Source: Escherichia coli (GTDB lineage Bacteria; Pseudomonadota; Gammaproteobacteria; Enterobacterales; Enterobacteriaceae). From it: DNA of 64,000 bases. The notes under the pieces were generated by a model. It was not told where the DNA came from. It did no database searches and saw only the letters and a program-made list of their open reading frames with translations. Below are positions 1 through 11,949 of this stretch, one piece after another (position 1 is the first letter of the stretch; every line of letters begins with the position of its first letter). Where the stretch lies: NCBI RefSeq assembly GCF_003790525.1, contig NZ_CP033635.1. The stretch is one strand, 5' to 3'. Made by a program: the position numbers and the translations under genes.

Positions 1-468
1 CGCTGTGCCAGCCATTTTACCGCCGTCTTTACCGGTCAGGGTGATCACTTTCATCCCCTTCTCACGCGCCGCCGCGATCGCTTTGATCACGTTTGCAGAG
101 TTACCGGAGGTGGAGATCCCCAGCAGTACATCGCCTTCGCGACCTACCGCTTCAACGTAACGGGAGAAAATATCATTGAAACCAAAATCGTTACCGACGC
201 AGGAAATATGACTAACGTCAGAAATGGCAATCGCCGGGTAGCCCGGACGGTTTTCACGGTAGCGACCGGTCAACTCTTCGGCAAAGTGCATAGCGTCGCA
301 ATGGGAGCCGCCGTTGCCACAGGAAAGCACTTTGCCACCGGCTTTAAAGCTGTCTGCTAACAGGACCGCCGCGCGCTGAATGGCGTGAATATTGGCGTCA
401 TCTTTTAAAAAGTTAGCCAGCGTTTCCGCCGCTTCGTTCAGTTCATTACGAATAAGATCCTGGTACAT
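1..468 (-). CDS. gmhA: Phosphoheptose isomerase (sedoheptulose-7-phosphate isomerase), truncated by window edge; start codon at 466-468
   Basis: Reverse-strand translation from 468 reads [21 protein letters not shown]..., recognised GmhA N-terminus; 3' part of gene lies beyond position 1. Confidence 0.9.
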   Translation of the reverse strand, partial: MYQDLIRNELNEAAETLANFLKDDANIHAIQRAAVLLADSFKAGGKVLSCGNGGSHCDAMHFAEELTGRYRENRPGYPAIAISDVSHISCVGNDFGFNDIFSRYVEAVGREGDVLLGISTSGNSANVIKAIAAAREKGMKVITLTGKDGGKMAGTA

Positions 469-669
469 GAGGATATCCTTCAGCATAAATGTAATAGACA
501 AAATGCAGTGTACCGGATACCGCCAAAAGCGAGAAGTACGAGCAGGTGCTATGACCAGGACTTTTTGACCTGAAGTGCGGATAAAAACAGCAACAATGTG
601 AGCTTTGTTGTAATTATATTGTAAACATATTGCTAAATGTTTTCACATCCACTACAACCATATCATCAC

Positions 670-686
670 AAGTGGTCAGACCTCCT
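670..686 (+). promoter_or_regulatory. Candidate FadR operator in fadE leader (aagTGGTCaGACCtcct)
   Basis: Match to the TGGTC-N-GACC core of the FadR box consensus, 20-40 bp upstream of the fadE start; known family of FadR-repressed fad genes. Confidence 0.5.
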
Positions 687-707
687 ACAAGTAAGGGGCT
701 TTTCGTT

Positions 708-3152
708 ATGATGATTTTGAGTATTCTCGCTACGGTTGTCCTGCTCGGCGCGTTGTTCTATCACCGCGTGAGCTTATTTATCAGCAGTCTGATTTTGCTC
801 GCCTGGACAGCCGCCCTCGGCGTCGCTGGTCTGTGGTCGGTGTGGGTACTGGTGCCTCTGGCCATTATCCTCGTGCCGTTTAACTTTGCGCCTATGCGTA
901 GGTCGATGATTTCCGCGCCGGTATTTCGCGGTTTCCGTAAGGTGATGCCGCCGATGTCGCGCACGGAGAAAGAAGCGATTGATGCGGGCACCACCTGGTG
1001 GGAGGGCGACTTGTTCCAGGGCAAGCCGGACTGGAAAAAGCTGCATAACTATCCGCAGCCGCGCCTGACCGCTGAAGAGCAAGCGTTTCTCGACGGTCCG
1101 GTAGAAGAAGCCTGCCGGATGGCGAATGATTTCCAGATTACCCATGAGCTGGCGGATTTGCCGCCGGAGCTGTGGGCGTATCTTAAAGATCATCGTTTCT
1201 TCGCGATGATCATCAAAAAAGAGTACGGCGGGCTGGAGTTCTCGGCCTATGCCCAGTCTCGCGTGCTGCAAAAACTCTCCGGCGTGAGCGGGATCCTGGC
1301 GATTACCGTCGGCGTGCCAAACTCATTAGGCCCGGGTGAGCTACTGCAACATTACGGCACTGACGAGCAGAAAGATCACTATCTGCCGCGTCTGGCGCGT
1401 GGTCAGGAGATCCCTTGCTTTGCACTGACCAGCCCCGAAGCGGGTTCCGATGCGGGCGCGATTCCGGATACCGGGATTGTTTGCATGGGCGAGTGGCAGG
1501 GCCAGCAGGTGCTGGGGATGCGACTGACCTGGAACAAACGCTACATTACGCTCGCACCGATTGCGACCGTGCTTGGTCTGGCGTTTAAACTCTCCGACCC
1601 GGAAAAACTGCTGGGTGGCGCAGAAGATTTAGGTATTACCTGTGCGCTGATCCCGACCACCACGCCGGGCGTGGAAATTGGTCGTCGCCACTTCCCGCTG
1701 AACGTACCGTTCCAGAACGGACCGACGCGCGGTAAAGATGTCTTCGTACCGATCGATTACATCATCGGCGGACCAAAAATGGCCGGGCAAGGCTGGCGGA
1801 TGCTAGTGGAGTGCCTCTCGGTAGGACGCGGTATCACCCTGCCTTCCAACTCAACCGGCGGCGTGAAATCGGTAGCGCTGGCAACGGGTGCGTATGCGCA
1901 CATCCGCCGTCAGTTCAAAATCTCTATTGGTAAGATGGAAGGGATTGAAGAGCCGCTGGCGCGTATTGCCGGAAACGCTTATGTAATGGATGCTGCGGCA
2001 TCGCTGATTACCTACGGCATTATGCTCGGTGAAAAACCTGCCGTGCTGTCGGCTATCGTTAAGTATCACTGTACCCACCGTGGGCAGCAGTCGATTATTG
2101 ATGCGATGGATATCACTGGTGGCAAAGGCATTATGCTCGGGCAAAGCAACTTCCTGGCCCGTGCTTACCAGGGCGCACCGATTGCCATCACCGTTGAAGG
2201 GGCTAACATTCTGACCCGCAGCATGATGATCTTCGGACAAGGAGCGATTCGTTGCCATCCGTACGTGCTGGAAGAGATGGAAGCGGCGAAGAACAATGAC
2301 GTAAATGCGTTCGATAAACTGCTGTTCAAACATATCGGTCACGTCGGTAGCAACAAAGTTCGCAGCTTCTGGCTGGGCCTGACGCGCGGTTTAACCAGCA
2401 GCACGCCAACCGGCGATGCCACTAAACGCTACTATCAGCACCTGAACCGCCTGAGCGCCAACCTCGCCCTGCTTTCTGATGTCTCGATGGCGGTGCTGGG
2501 CGGCAGCCTGAAACGTCGCGAGCGCATCTCGGCACGTCTGGGGGATATTTTAAGCCAGCTTTACCTCGCCTCTGCCGTTCTGAAGCGTTATGACGACGAA
2601 GGCCGTAATGAAGCCGACCTGCCGCTGGTGCACTGGGGCGTACAGGATGCGCTGTATCAGGCAGAGCAGGCGATGGACGATTTACTGCAAAACTTCCCGA
2701 ACCGCGTGGTTGCCGGGCTGCTGAATGTGGTGATCTTCCCGACCGGACGTCATTATCTGGCACCGTCTGACAAGCTGGATCATAAGGTGGCGAAGATTTT
2801 ACAAGTGCCGAACGCCACCCGTTCACGTATTGGTCGCGGTCAGTACCTGACCCCGAGCGAGCATAACCCGGTTGGTTTACTGGAAGAGGCGCTGGTGGAT
2901 GTGATTGCCGCCGACCCAATTCATCAGCGGATCTGTAAAGAGCTGGGTAAAAACCTGCCGTTTACCCGTCTGGATGAACTGGCGCATAACGCGCTGGCGA
3001 AGGGGCTGATTGATAAAGATGAAGCAGCTATTCTTGTGAAAGCTGAAGAAAGCCGTCTGCGCAGTATTAATGTTGATGACTTTGATCCGGAAGAGCTTGC
3101 GACGAAGCCGGTAAAGTTGCCGGAGAAAGTGCGAAAAGTTGAAGCCGCGTAA
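708..3152 (+). CDS. fadE: Acyl-CoA dehydrogenase FadE (814 aa)
   Basis: ORF 630..3152; start trimmed to [11 protein letters not shown]... giving 814 aa, as recalled for E. coli FadE; acyl-CoA dehydrogenase domains throughout. Confidence 0.93.
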   Translation: MMILSILATVVLLGALFYHRVSLFISSLILLAWTAALGVAGLWSVWVLVPLAIILVPFNFAPMRRSMISAPVFRGFRKVMPPMSRTEKEAIDAGTTWWEGDLFQGKPDWKKLHNYPQPRLTAEEQAFLDGPVEEACRMANDFQITHELADLPPELWAYLKDHRFFAMIIKKEYGGLEFSAYAQSRVLQKLSGVSGILAITVGVPNSLGPGELLQHYGTDEQKDHYLPRLARGQEIPCFALTSPEAGSDAGAIPDTGIVCMGEWQGQQVLGMRLTWNKRYITLAPIATVLGLAFKLSDPEKLLGGAEDLGITCALIPTTTPGVEIGRRHFPLNVPFQNGPTRGKDVFVPIDYIIGGPKMAGQGWRMLVECLSVGRGITLPSNSTGGVKSVALATGAYAHIRRQFKISIGKMEGIEEPLARIAGNAYVMDAAASLITYGIMLGEKPAVLSAIVKYHCTHRGQQSIIDAMDITGGKGIMLGQSNFLARAYQGAPIAITVEGANILTRSMMIFGQGAIRCHPYVLEEMEAAKNNDVNAFDKLLFKHIGHVGSNKVRSFWLGLTRGLTSSTPTGDATKRYYQHLNRLSANLALLSDVSMAVLGGSLKRRERISARLGDILSQLYLASAVLKRYDDEGRNEADLPLVHWGVQDALYQAEQAMDDLLQNFPNRVVAGLLNVVIFPTGRHYLAPSDKLDHKVAKILQVPNATRSRIGRGQYLTPSEHNPVGLLEEALVDVIAADPIHQRICKELGKNLPFTRLDELAHNALAKGLIDKDEAAILVKAEESRLRSINVDDFDPEELATKPVKLPEKVRKVEAA

Positions 3153-3158
3153 TTGAAT

Positions 3159-3186
3159 AACGGAGCCGAAAGGCTCCGTTTCTTTA
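3159..3186. terminator. Hairpin cggagcc-gaaa-ggctccg plus T-run between convergent fadE and ivy
   Basis: Perfect 7-bp stem with GAAA loop followed by TTTCTTT; sits in the 42-bp gap between two convergent stop codons. Confidence 0.6.
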
Positions 3187-3194
3187 TCCGCTAA

Positions 3195-3668
3195 TTATTT
3201 AAAATTAAAGCCATCCGGATGGTTTTCCAGGCTGCCGGTCAACGCCGCGAACAGCACCGTTTTACCATCAATAGAAAGCGCATCGTTCACATTCAACCAG
3301 GTGAGTTTCTCTTGCGACGTTTTCTCATCAATGGTCGAGAACAGCCCCGTCATCTGATTAGATTTCTCGGACCACATCACAGCGATACGTTGCGAGCCAC
3401 AGTCATGCGGTTTGCACGCGCTCATCACCTGATACGTCTCATCTCCCAACGTTACGGTTTGTGCAGGGGTATAAGTACCGCCTTTCATCACCCAGGCAGG
3501 CAGCTTATGCCCTTGCACCATCTGATTAAACGCCGCTTTGGTGGTTTCGCCCTTTGCAAGGCTGCTAATGGTTAAATCATCCTGCGCCATTGCACTGGTG
3601 GCGATGACCAGAGCGGCGACTGTCGTTATTGCCTTAAACATCATTCCTCCCGAGCTTATCCTGCCCAT
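3195..3668 (-). CDS. ivy: Inhibitor of vertebrate lysozyme Ivy (157 aa, signal peptide)
   Basis: ORF translation MGRISSGGMMFKAITTVAALVIATSAMAQDD... with the CKPHDC motif characteristic of Ivy. Confidence 0.92.
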   Translation of the reverse strand: MGRISSGGMMFKAITTVAALVIATSAMAQDDLTISSLAKGETTKAAFNQMVQGHKLPAWVMKGGTYTPAQTVTLGDETYQVMSACKPHDCGSQRIAVMWSEKSNQMTGLFSTIDEKTSQEKLTWLNVNDALSIDGKTVLFAALTGSLENHPDGFNFK

Positions 3669-3821
3669 GTTATTAACCTCCTAAAGCCTGGCGATAACAC
3701 GATAATTTGCAAATCAGATATTTCCAATATCAGCATTTGTTATCAATTTATTCTGCGCTAAGGCAACTGCCTGATAAGGTGTTAGAGTTATAAAACCCTT
3801 CGCATAAAGGAGTTGTACACC

Positions 3822-4592
3822 GTGCCTGGTTTGAAGATTACGCTTTTGCAGCAACCACTGGTGTGGATGGATGGCCCTGCCAACCTGCGTCATTTTGATC
3901 GTCAACTGGAAGGTATTACCGGACGCGATGTGATCGTTCTACCGGAGATGTTTACCAGCGGCTTTGCCATGGAAGCGGCAGCTGCGTCGCTAGCACAAGA
4001 TGACGTAGTGAACTGGATGACAGCCAAAGCGCAGCAGTGCAATGCGCTGATTGCAGGCAGTGTTGCATTACAAACGGAGTCTGGTTCGGTTAACCGCTTT
4101 TTGCTGGTTGAGCCGGGCGGCACGGTACATTTTTATGATAAGCGTCATCTGTTCCGAATGGCAGATGAGCATCTGCATTATAAAGCGGGCAATGCGCGAG
4201 TAATTGTGGAATGGCGCGGCTGGCGTATTTTGCCGCTGGTGTGCTACGACTTACGTTTTCCTGTGTGGTCGCGCAATCTCAACGATTATGACCTCGCCCT
4301 GTACGTCGCCAACTGGCCTGCTCCGCGCTCTCTGCACTGGCAGGCATTGCTGACAGCCCGCGCGATTGAGAATCAGGCGTATGTGGCGGGATGCAATCGC
4401 GTCGGCAGCGATGGCAACGGCTGCCATTATCGCGGTGACAGCAGAGTGATTAATCCACAGGGCGAGATTATCGCCACCGCCGACGCGCATCAGGCAACGC
4501 GCATTGATGCGGAGCTGTCGATGGTGGCGTTGCGGGAATATAGAGAAAAGTTTCCGGCATGGCGGGATGCGGATGAATTCACATTTCGTTAG
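3822..4592 (+). CDS. yafV: Omega-amidase / C-N hydrolase (nitrilase superfamily) YafV, 256 aa
   Basis: ORF 3813..4592; likely GTG start at 3822 placed 9 nt after AAGGAG (3807-3812); product (M)PGLKITLLQQPLVWMDG... Confidence 0.85.
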   Translation: MPGLKITLLQQPLVWMDGPANLRHFDRQLEGITGRDVIVLPEMFTSGFAMEAAAASLAQDDVVNWMTAKAQQCNALIAGSVALQTESGSVNRFLLVEPGGTVHFYDKRHLFRMADEHLHYKAGNARVIVEWRGWRILPLVCYDLRFPVWSRNLNDYDLALYVANWPAPRSLHWQALLTARAIENQAYVAGCNRVGSDGNGCHYRGDSRVINPQGEIIATADAHQATRIDAELSMVALREYREKFPAWRDADEFTFR

Positions 4593-4653
4593 AGGGTGAA
4601 TATGGCTACGAGATAAGTTTCGTGGCTATTTTTCTCTGGAACTTAAACGACGA

Positions 4654-4686
4654 AAGCCCGAATCAGTAATGATTCGGGCTTTCTGA
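4654..4686. terminator. Hairpin aagcccgaatc-agtaat-gattcgggctt between yafV 3' end and aspV 3' end
   Basis: 11-bp inverted repeat with flanking T-rich sequence on both strands; lies downstream of both convergent genes. Confidence 0.5.
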
Positions 4687-4690
4687 ATAT

Positions 4691-4767
4691 TGGCGGAACG
4701 GACGGGACTCGAACCCGCGACCCCCTGCGTGACAGGCAGGTATTCTAACCGACTGAACTACCGCTCC
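4691..4767 (-). tRNA. aspV: tRNA-Asp (GUC)
   Basis: Reverse complement reads GGAGCGGTAGTTCAGTCGGTTAGAATACCTGCCTGTCACGCAGGGGGTCGCGGGTTCGAGTCCCGTCCGTTCCGCCA, including CCA end. Confidence 0.97.
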
Positions 4768-4899
4768 GCGTTGTGTTCCGTTGGGAACGAGGCGAATATT
4801 ACGGATTGCCTCACCCTTCGTCAACGGTTTTTCTCATCTTTTGAATCGTTTGCTGCAAAAATCGCCCAAGTCGCTATTTTTAGCGCCTTTTACAGGTAT

Positions 4900-5631
4900 T
4901 TATGCCCGCCAGAGGCAGCTTCCGCCTTTCTTCTGCACCAGATCGAGACGGGCTTCATGTGCCGCAAGCTCTTCATCTGTCGCAAAAACAACGCGTAACT
5001 TACTTGCCTGACGCACAATGCGCTGAATTGTTGCTTCACCTTGTTGCTGTTGTGTCTCTCCTTCCATCGCAAAAGCCATCGACGTTTGACCACCGGTCAT
5101 CGCCAGATAAACTTCCGCAAGGATCTGGGCATCGAGTAATGCCCCGTGCAGCGTTCGTTTACTGTTATCTATTTCGTAGCGGGCACATAACGCATCGAGG
5201 CTGTTGCGCTTACCGGGAAACATTTTCCTCGCCACCGCAAGGCTATCGGTGACCTTACAGAAGGTATTGGTCTTCGGAATATCGCGCTTAAGCAACGAAA
5301 ACTCGTAGTCCATAAAGCCGATATCGAACGCTGCGTTATGGATCACGAGCTCCGCGCCGCGGATATAGTCCATGAACTCATCGGCAACCTCGGCAAACGT
5401 GGGCTTATCGAGCAAAAACTCATCGGCAATACCATGTACGCCAAAGGCTTCCGGATCCACCAGCCGATCGGGTTTGAGATAAACATGGAAGTTATTGCCC
5501 GTCAGGCGACGGTTCACCACTTCAACGGCACCAATCTCAATGATCTTGTGGCCTTCATAGTGCGCACCAATCTGATTCATACCGGTAGTTTCGGTATCGA
5601 GAACGATCTGGCGTGTAATTGCAGTGCTCAT
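4900..5631 (-). CDS. dnaQ: DNA polymerase III epsilon subunit (3'-5' proofreading exonuclease), 243 aa
   Basis: ORF 4900..5640; trimmed to [20 protein letters not shown]... the recognised DnaQ N-terminus. Confidence 0.93.
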
Positions 5632-5695
5632 AGCGGTCATTTATGTCAGACTTGTCGTTTTACAGTTCGATTCAATTACAGGAAGTCTACCAGAG

Positions 5696-6163
5696 ATGCT
5701 TAAACAGGTAGAAATTTTCACCGACGGTTCGTGTCTGGGTAATCCAGGACCGGGGGGATACGGTGCTATTTTACGCTATCGCGGACGCGAGAAAACCTTT
5801 AGCGCAGGCTACACCCGCACCACCAACAACCGTATGGAGTTGATGGCCGCTATTGTCGCGCTGGAGGCGTTAAAAGAACATTGCGAAGTTATTTTGAGTA
5901 CCGACAGCCAGTATGTCCGCCAGGGTATCACCCAGTGGATCCATAACTGGAAAAAACGTGGCTGGAAAACAGCAGACAAAAAACCAGTAAAAAATGTCGA
6001 TCTCTGGCAACGTCTTGATGCTGCGCTGGGGCAGCATCAAATCAAATGGGAATGGGTTAAAGGCCATGCCGGTCATCCAGAAAACGAACGTTGCGATGAA
6101 CTGGCTCGTGCCGCAGCGATGAATCCCACACTGGAAGATACGGGCTATCAAGTCGAAGTTTAA
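5696..6163 (+). CDS. rnhA: Ribonuclease HI, 155 aa
   Basis: ORF 5624..6163; trimmed to [26 protein letters not shown]...; divergent from dnaQ with a 64-bp spacer. Confidence 0.93.
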
Positions 6164-6882
6164 GCCTGTGGTTTACGACATTGCCGGGTGGCTCCAACCG
6201 CCTGGCGAATTCGTGGCTTGTTTTTACTCTGTTTCATCGGATTTAGCGTTAAAGGAATAGTCCGTTTCCGGGCGACAATAAGTTGTAAGCAACCAAGCGC
6301 AGGAATATGCGCATTCAATAGTTTTCCACCGTGTTTGTTCCACGGGAGAACGTGGAAACGGCTGGCGTGTAGCACTTCAAAATTCAACAAAGAGAGCCAG
6401 TCCAGTTGCCGCATCAGAGTAAACATCCGGCTATTATAGGGCGAGGTTTTGCGCAATACCGGCACAAGTTTGCGTAATCCCATTAAACTGATGGGGTTGA
6501 AGCCACTAATCACCAGCCAGCCATCATCAATCAGTACCCGATCGGCTTCACGCAATAAACGATGCGGATCGGTGCACCACGGCAAGGTATGTGCCAGTAG
6601 ACAAACATCAACGGATTTATCGGCAAAAGGAAGATGAAGTGGATCCGCCTGCACCTGGACGGGCATTCCTTGCGCAGAAACATTCACTTGATGAGAAACC
6701 GCGCACGCTTCGCAATTGATTTCTGCGCTTAAATTGCCAATCTTAAGCAGATGAAAACCATACATTTTAGTGAACCACGGGTTGAGCTGGCGCTCCAGCG
6801 CCTTGCGATAAAGCTCTCCCCAGGGCAAATCGCCCCAGCAATCAGGAGCCACGACAGTTTGAGGGACTCTTGCCGGTTTCAT
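6160..6882 (-). CDS. yafS: SAM-dependent methyltransferase-like protein YafS (about 240 aa)
   Basis: ORF 6160..6900; start chosen at [14 protein letters not shown]...; stop codon shares nucleotides with the rnhA stop. Confidence 0.8.
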
Positions 6883-6912
6883 CACAACCTTCCGTTTCAC
6901 ACTGAGAGGTAA

Positions 6913-7671
<759 letters not shown>

Positions 7672-7742
7672 TAAAACTTTCTTGTCATCGGCTCCGTTCG
7701 CCGTTATGATCGGTCGTCTTTTAAGCAACTATTGACACACAC

Positions 7743-9101
7743 ATGAAGGCAAAAGCGATATTACTCGCCTCTGTCCTGCTCGTGGGTTGCCAGAGCACCG
7801 GCAACGTTCAACAGCACGCACAGAGCCTTTCTGCAGCTGGTCAAGGGGAAGCAGCAAAGTTTACAAGTCAGGCACGATGGATGGACGATGGGACGTCTAT
7901 CGCGCCAGATGGTGACTTGTGGGCTTTCATTGGCGACGAGCTAAAGATGGGAATTCCGGAAAACGACCGGATTCGCGAACAGAAACAGAAATATTTACGC
8001 AATAAGAGCTATCTCCACGATGTAACTTTACGGGCAGAGCCGTATATGTACTGGATAGCCGGGCAAGTTAAAAAACGTAACATGCCTATGGAACTGGTAC
8101 TACTACCCATAGTGGAGAGCGCTTTTGATCCTCACGCAACGTCTGGCGCCAATGCCGCGGGCATCTGGCAGATCATTCCGAGCACGGGGCGCAATTATGG
8201 TTTGAAACAGACCCGCAATTATGACGCGCGTCGCGATGTTGTTGCTTCAACAACTGCCGCGCTGAACATGATGCAGCGTCTGAACAAGATGTTTGACGGC
8301 GACTGGCTTCTGACCGTAGCGGCTTATAACAGCGGCGAAGGTCGGGTCATGAAGGCAATTAAAACGAACAAAGCGCGTGGGAAATCCACGGACTTCTGGT
8401 CGTTACCGTTGCCGCAGGAAACGAAGCAGTACGTGCCTAAAATGCTGGCATTGAGTGATATTCTCAAAAACAGCAAGCGTTATGGCGTACGTCTGCCAAC
8501 GACCGATGAAAGCCGTGCTCTGGCGCGTGTGCACCTGAGCAGCCCGGTTGAAATGGCGAAGGTTGCAGATATGGCGGGGATTTCCGTCAGCAAGCTGAAG
8601 ACATTCAACGCTGGCGTGAAAGGCTCCACGCTGGGCGCAAGTGGTCCGCAGTACGTGATGGTGCCAAAGAAGCATGCAGATCAACTGCGTGAATCTCTGG
8701 CTTCAGGCGAAATTGCTGCTGTACAGTCGACGCTGGTTGCCGACAATACGCCGCTTAACAGCCGTGTTTACACCGTACGCTCTGGCGACACGCTTTCAAG
8801 TATCGCTTCACGTCTCGGCGTAAGCACCAAAGATTTGCAGCAGTGGAACAAACTGCGCGGATCTAAGCTGAAGCCAGGCCAAAGTTTGACGATTGGTGCA
8901 GGCAGTAGCGCACAGCGACTGGCAAACAACAGCGATAGCATTACGTATCGTGTGCGCAAAGGCGATTCGCTTTCAAGCATTGCTAAACGCCACGGCGTGA
9001 ACATCAAAGATGTAATGCGCTGGAACAGCGATACTGCGAATCTGCAACCAGGCGATAAGCTGACGTTGTTTGTGAAAAACAACAGCATGCCAGACTCCTG
9101 A
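7743..9101 (+). CDS. mltD: Membrane-bound lytic murein transglycosylase D, 452 aa, lipoprotein with LysM repeats
   Basis: Signal/lipobox LLVGCQS at N-terminus; repeated LysM-like segments (YTVRSGDTLSSIA..., YRVRKGDSLSSIA...) at C-terminus. Confidence 0.92.
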   Translation: MKAKAILLASVLLVGCQSTGNVQQHAQSLSAAGQGEAAKFTSQARWMDDGTSIAPDGDLWAFIGDELKMGIPENDRIREQKQKYLRNKSYLHDVTLRAEPYMYWIAGQVKKRNMPMELVLLPIVESAFDPHATSGANAAGIWQIIPSTGRNYGLKQTRNYDARRDVVASTTAALNMMQRLNKMFDGDWLLTVAAYNSGEGRVMKAIKTNKARGKSTDFWSLPLPQETKQYVPKMLALSDILKNSKRYGVRLPTTDESRALARVHLSSPVEMAKVADMAGISVSKLKTFNAGVKGSTLGASGPQYVMVPKKHADQLRESLASGEIAAVQSTLVADNTPLNSRVYTVRSGDTLSSIASRLGVSTKDLQQWNKLRGSKLKPGQSLTIGAGSSAQRLANNSDSITYRVRKGDSLSSIAKRHGVNIKDVMRWNSDTANLQPGDKLTLFVKNNSMPDS

Positions 9102-9112
9102 CAAACCAGATA

Positions 9113-9150
9113 ATAAAAAAGGCACCGATTCCCCCGGTGCCTTTTTTATT
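9113..9150. terminator. Bidirectional intrinsic terminator between convergent mltD and yafE
   Basis: aaaaaa-GGCACCG-attccc-CCGGTGCC-ttttttattt: GC stem flanked by A-run and T-run. Confidence 0.7.
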
Positions 9151-9920
9151 TATGCCGCTTTATGTGCTTCTAACATGATGATATCACTGGTGAAAGAGCC
9201 ATCATTCTGCAAGGCAAAATACGTTTTCACCTCTGTCGATGCGCTCTGTTGGTAAATGCGAATAGCGTCTACTAACGCTTCTGGCGTACGCATTCTCGCT
9301 ACCCATGAAGAAAATTCCAGCGGTAACTTATCTGTAATTAAATTATCAACTATCAGATTGGCTTCATTGATTAACTTCAACCACTCACCGCTGGCGTAGT
9401 TTCGTACGTGAGAGGTATCGCGTAATGCTTCTACCGTCTGTAACCAGATGTCGCGCACTGGATGACCCGGAGACATTACGTCCATCACAATCAGCCTACC
9501 GCCGGGTTCCAATACCCGATTCACTTCACGCAGTGCTGCACCAACATCATGCCAGTGATGGGCAGAATAACGGCTGATAACAATATCAAATGCGTTATCG
9601 GCAAATGGCAGACTTTCGGCATAACCCTGGCGGGTGGTGATATTTTTCAGTTGCCGGGCTTCGGCAGCTTGTGCCACGACATCCAGCATTTGGGCAGATA
9701 AGTCATACGCCACCACCGCGCTCACGTTCTGCGCAGCGACAAAGCTGGCATGCCCTGCTCCGCAGCCCATATCAAGTACACTTGCATCAGGATAATCAGC
9801 CAGACGCACCGCCAGGCGCTGTAAATCTCGCCCGGATGCATGTACGGTACTGGTTAAATACTCACTGGCCTGCGAGCTAAACTGCTTTTCTACGTGGTCA
9901 TGGTGGGATTGTGTTGTCAT
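9150..9920 (-). CDS. yafE: Class I SAM-dependent methyltransferase YafE (256 aa as ORF)
   Basis: ORF translation with glycine-rich SAM-binding motif VLDMGCGAGH; N-terminal extent uncertain. Confidence 0.8.
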   Translation of the reverse strand: MTTQSHHDHVEKQFSSQASEYLTSTVHASGRDLQRLAVRLADYPDASVLDMGCGAGHASFVAAQNVSAVVAYDLSAQMLDVVAQAAEARQLKNITTRQGYAESLPFADNAFDIVISRYSAHHWHDVGAALREVNRVLEPGGRLIVMDVMSPGHPVRDIWLQTVEALRDTSHVRNYASGEWLKLINEANLIVDNLITDKLPLEFSSWVARMRTPEALVDAIRIYQQSASTEVKTYFALQNDGSFTSDIIMLEAHKAA

Positions 9921-9993
9921 TCTGTCCTTTTATTGTTTGATTAAAAAGGGCAGCGCCAAACGTTGGTCTGCCCTGTGGCAGACCTGACATACC

Positions 9994-10845
<852 letters not shown>

Positions 10846-11034
10846 CTACTGTTATAGGGATTTTAGCTCACTCTTTCAACGAGCAATTGTATATTGCTAT
10901 GTAAGCAAGTGCTTACACCGGTCAGAAATTTGCTCATTATTGAGAACATTAAATCGGATGACATATCTCGCATCCTGATGGTTTAATGACAATTAAATTC
11001 AAAATATCTCTTCTATTTTGCAACAGGAGCAAAA

Positions 11035-11949
11035 ATGAAAGCCACGTCGGAAGAACTCGCCATTTTTGTTTCAGTCGTCGAAAGCGGCAGCTTTAGCCGG
11101 GCAGCGGAACAATTAGGGCAAGCAAACTCAGCGGTAAGCCGGGCGGTGAAAAAGCTGGAGATGAAACTTGGCGTTAGCCTGCTTAATCGGACCACGCGGC
11201 AACTTAGCCTGACGGAAGAAGGCGAGCGTTATTTTCGTCGCGTACAGTCAATTTTGCAGGAGATGGCAGCGGCAGAATCAGAAATTATGGAGACGCGTAA
11301 TACACCGCGTGGACTGTTACGGATCGATGCCGCAACTCCAGTGGTGCTGCACTTTCTGATGCCGTTGATTAAGCCTTTTCGTGAACGCTATCCGGAAGTC
11401 ACTTTATCGCTAGTCTCCTCCGAAACGATTATTAATTTGATCGAAAGAAAAGTGGATGTCGCGATACGCGCCGGTACGTTAACGGATTCCAGCTTACGTG
11501 CCAGGCCGTTATTTAACAGTTATCGAAAAATTATCGCCTCCCCCGATTATATTTCCCGCTACGGGAAGCCAGAAACGATCGACGATTTAAAGCAACATAT
11601 TTGCCTGGGATTCACTGAACCCGCTTCCCTCAATACCTGGCCGATAGCCTGTAGCGATGGACAATTACATGAGGTGAAGTACGGTTTGTCATCCAATAGT
11701 GGGGAAACACTGAAACAGCTTTGCCTGAGTGGCAACGGGATTGCGTGTTTGTCCGACTACATGATCGACAGAGAAATCGCTCGCGGAGAATTGGTGGAGT
11801 TAATGGCAGATAAAGTATTGCCAGTGGAAATGCCATTCAGTGCCGTATATTACAGCGACCGTGCGGTAAGTACACGCATCCGGGCTTTTATCGATTTCCT
11901 TAGCGAGCATGTAAAAACAGCTCCCGGAGGAGCTGTCAGAGAGGCTTAA
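11035..11949 (+). CDS. yafC: LysR-family transcriptional regulator YafC, 304 aa
   Basis: N-terminal w[45 protein letters not shown]; divergent from yafD. Confidence 0.9.
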   Translation: MKATSEELAIFVSVVESGSFSRAAEQLGQANSAVSRAVKKLEMKLGVSLLNRTTRQLSLTEEGERYFRRVQSILQEMAAAESEIMETRNTPRGLLRIDAATPVVLHFLMPLIKPFRERYPEVTLSLVSSETIINLIERKVDVAIRAGTLTDSSLRARPLFNSYRKIIASPDYISRYGKPETIDDLKQHICLGFTEPASLNTWPIACSDGQLHEVKYGLSSNSGETLKQLCLSGNGIACLSDYMIDREIARGELVELMADKVLPVEMPFSAVYYSDRAVSTRIRAFIDFLSEHVKTAPGGAVREA

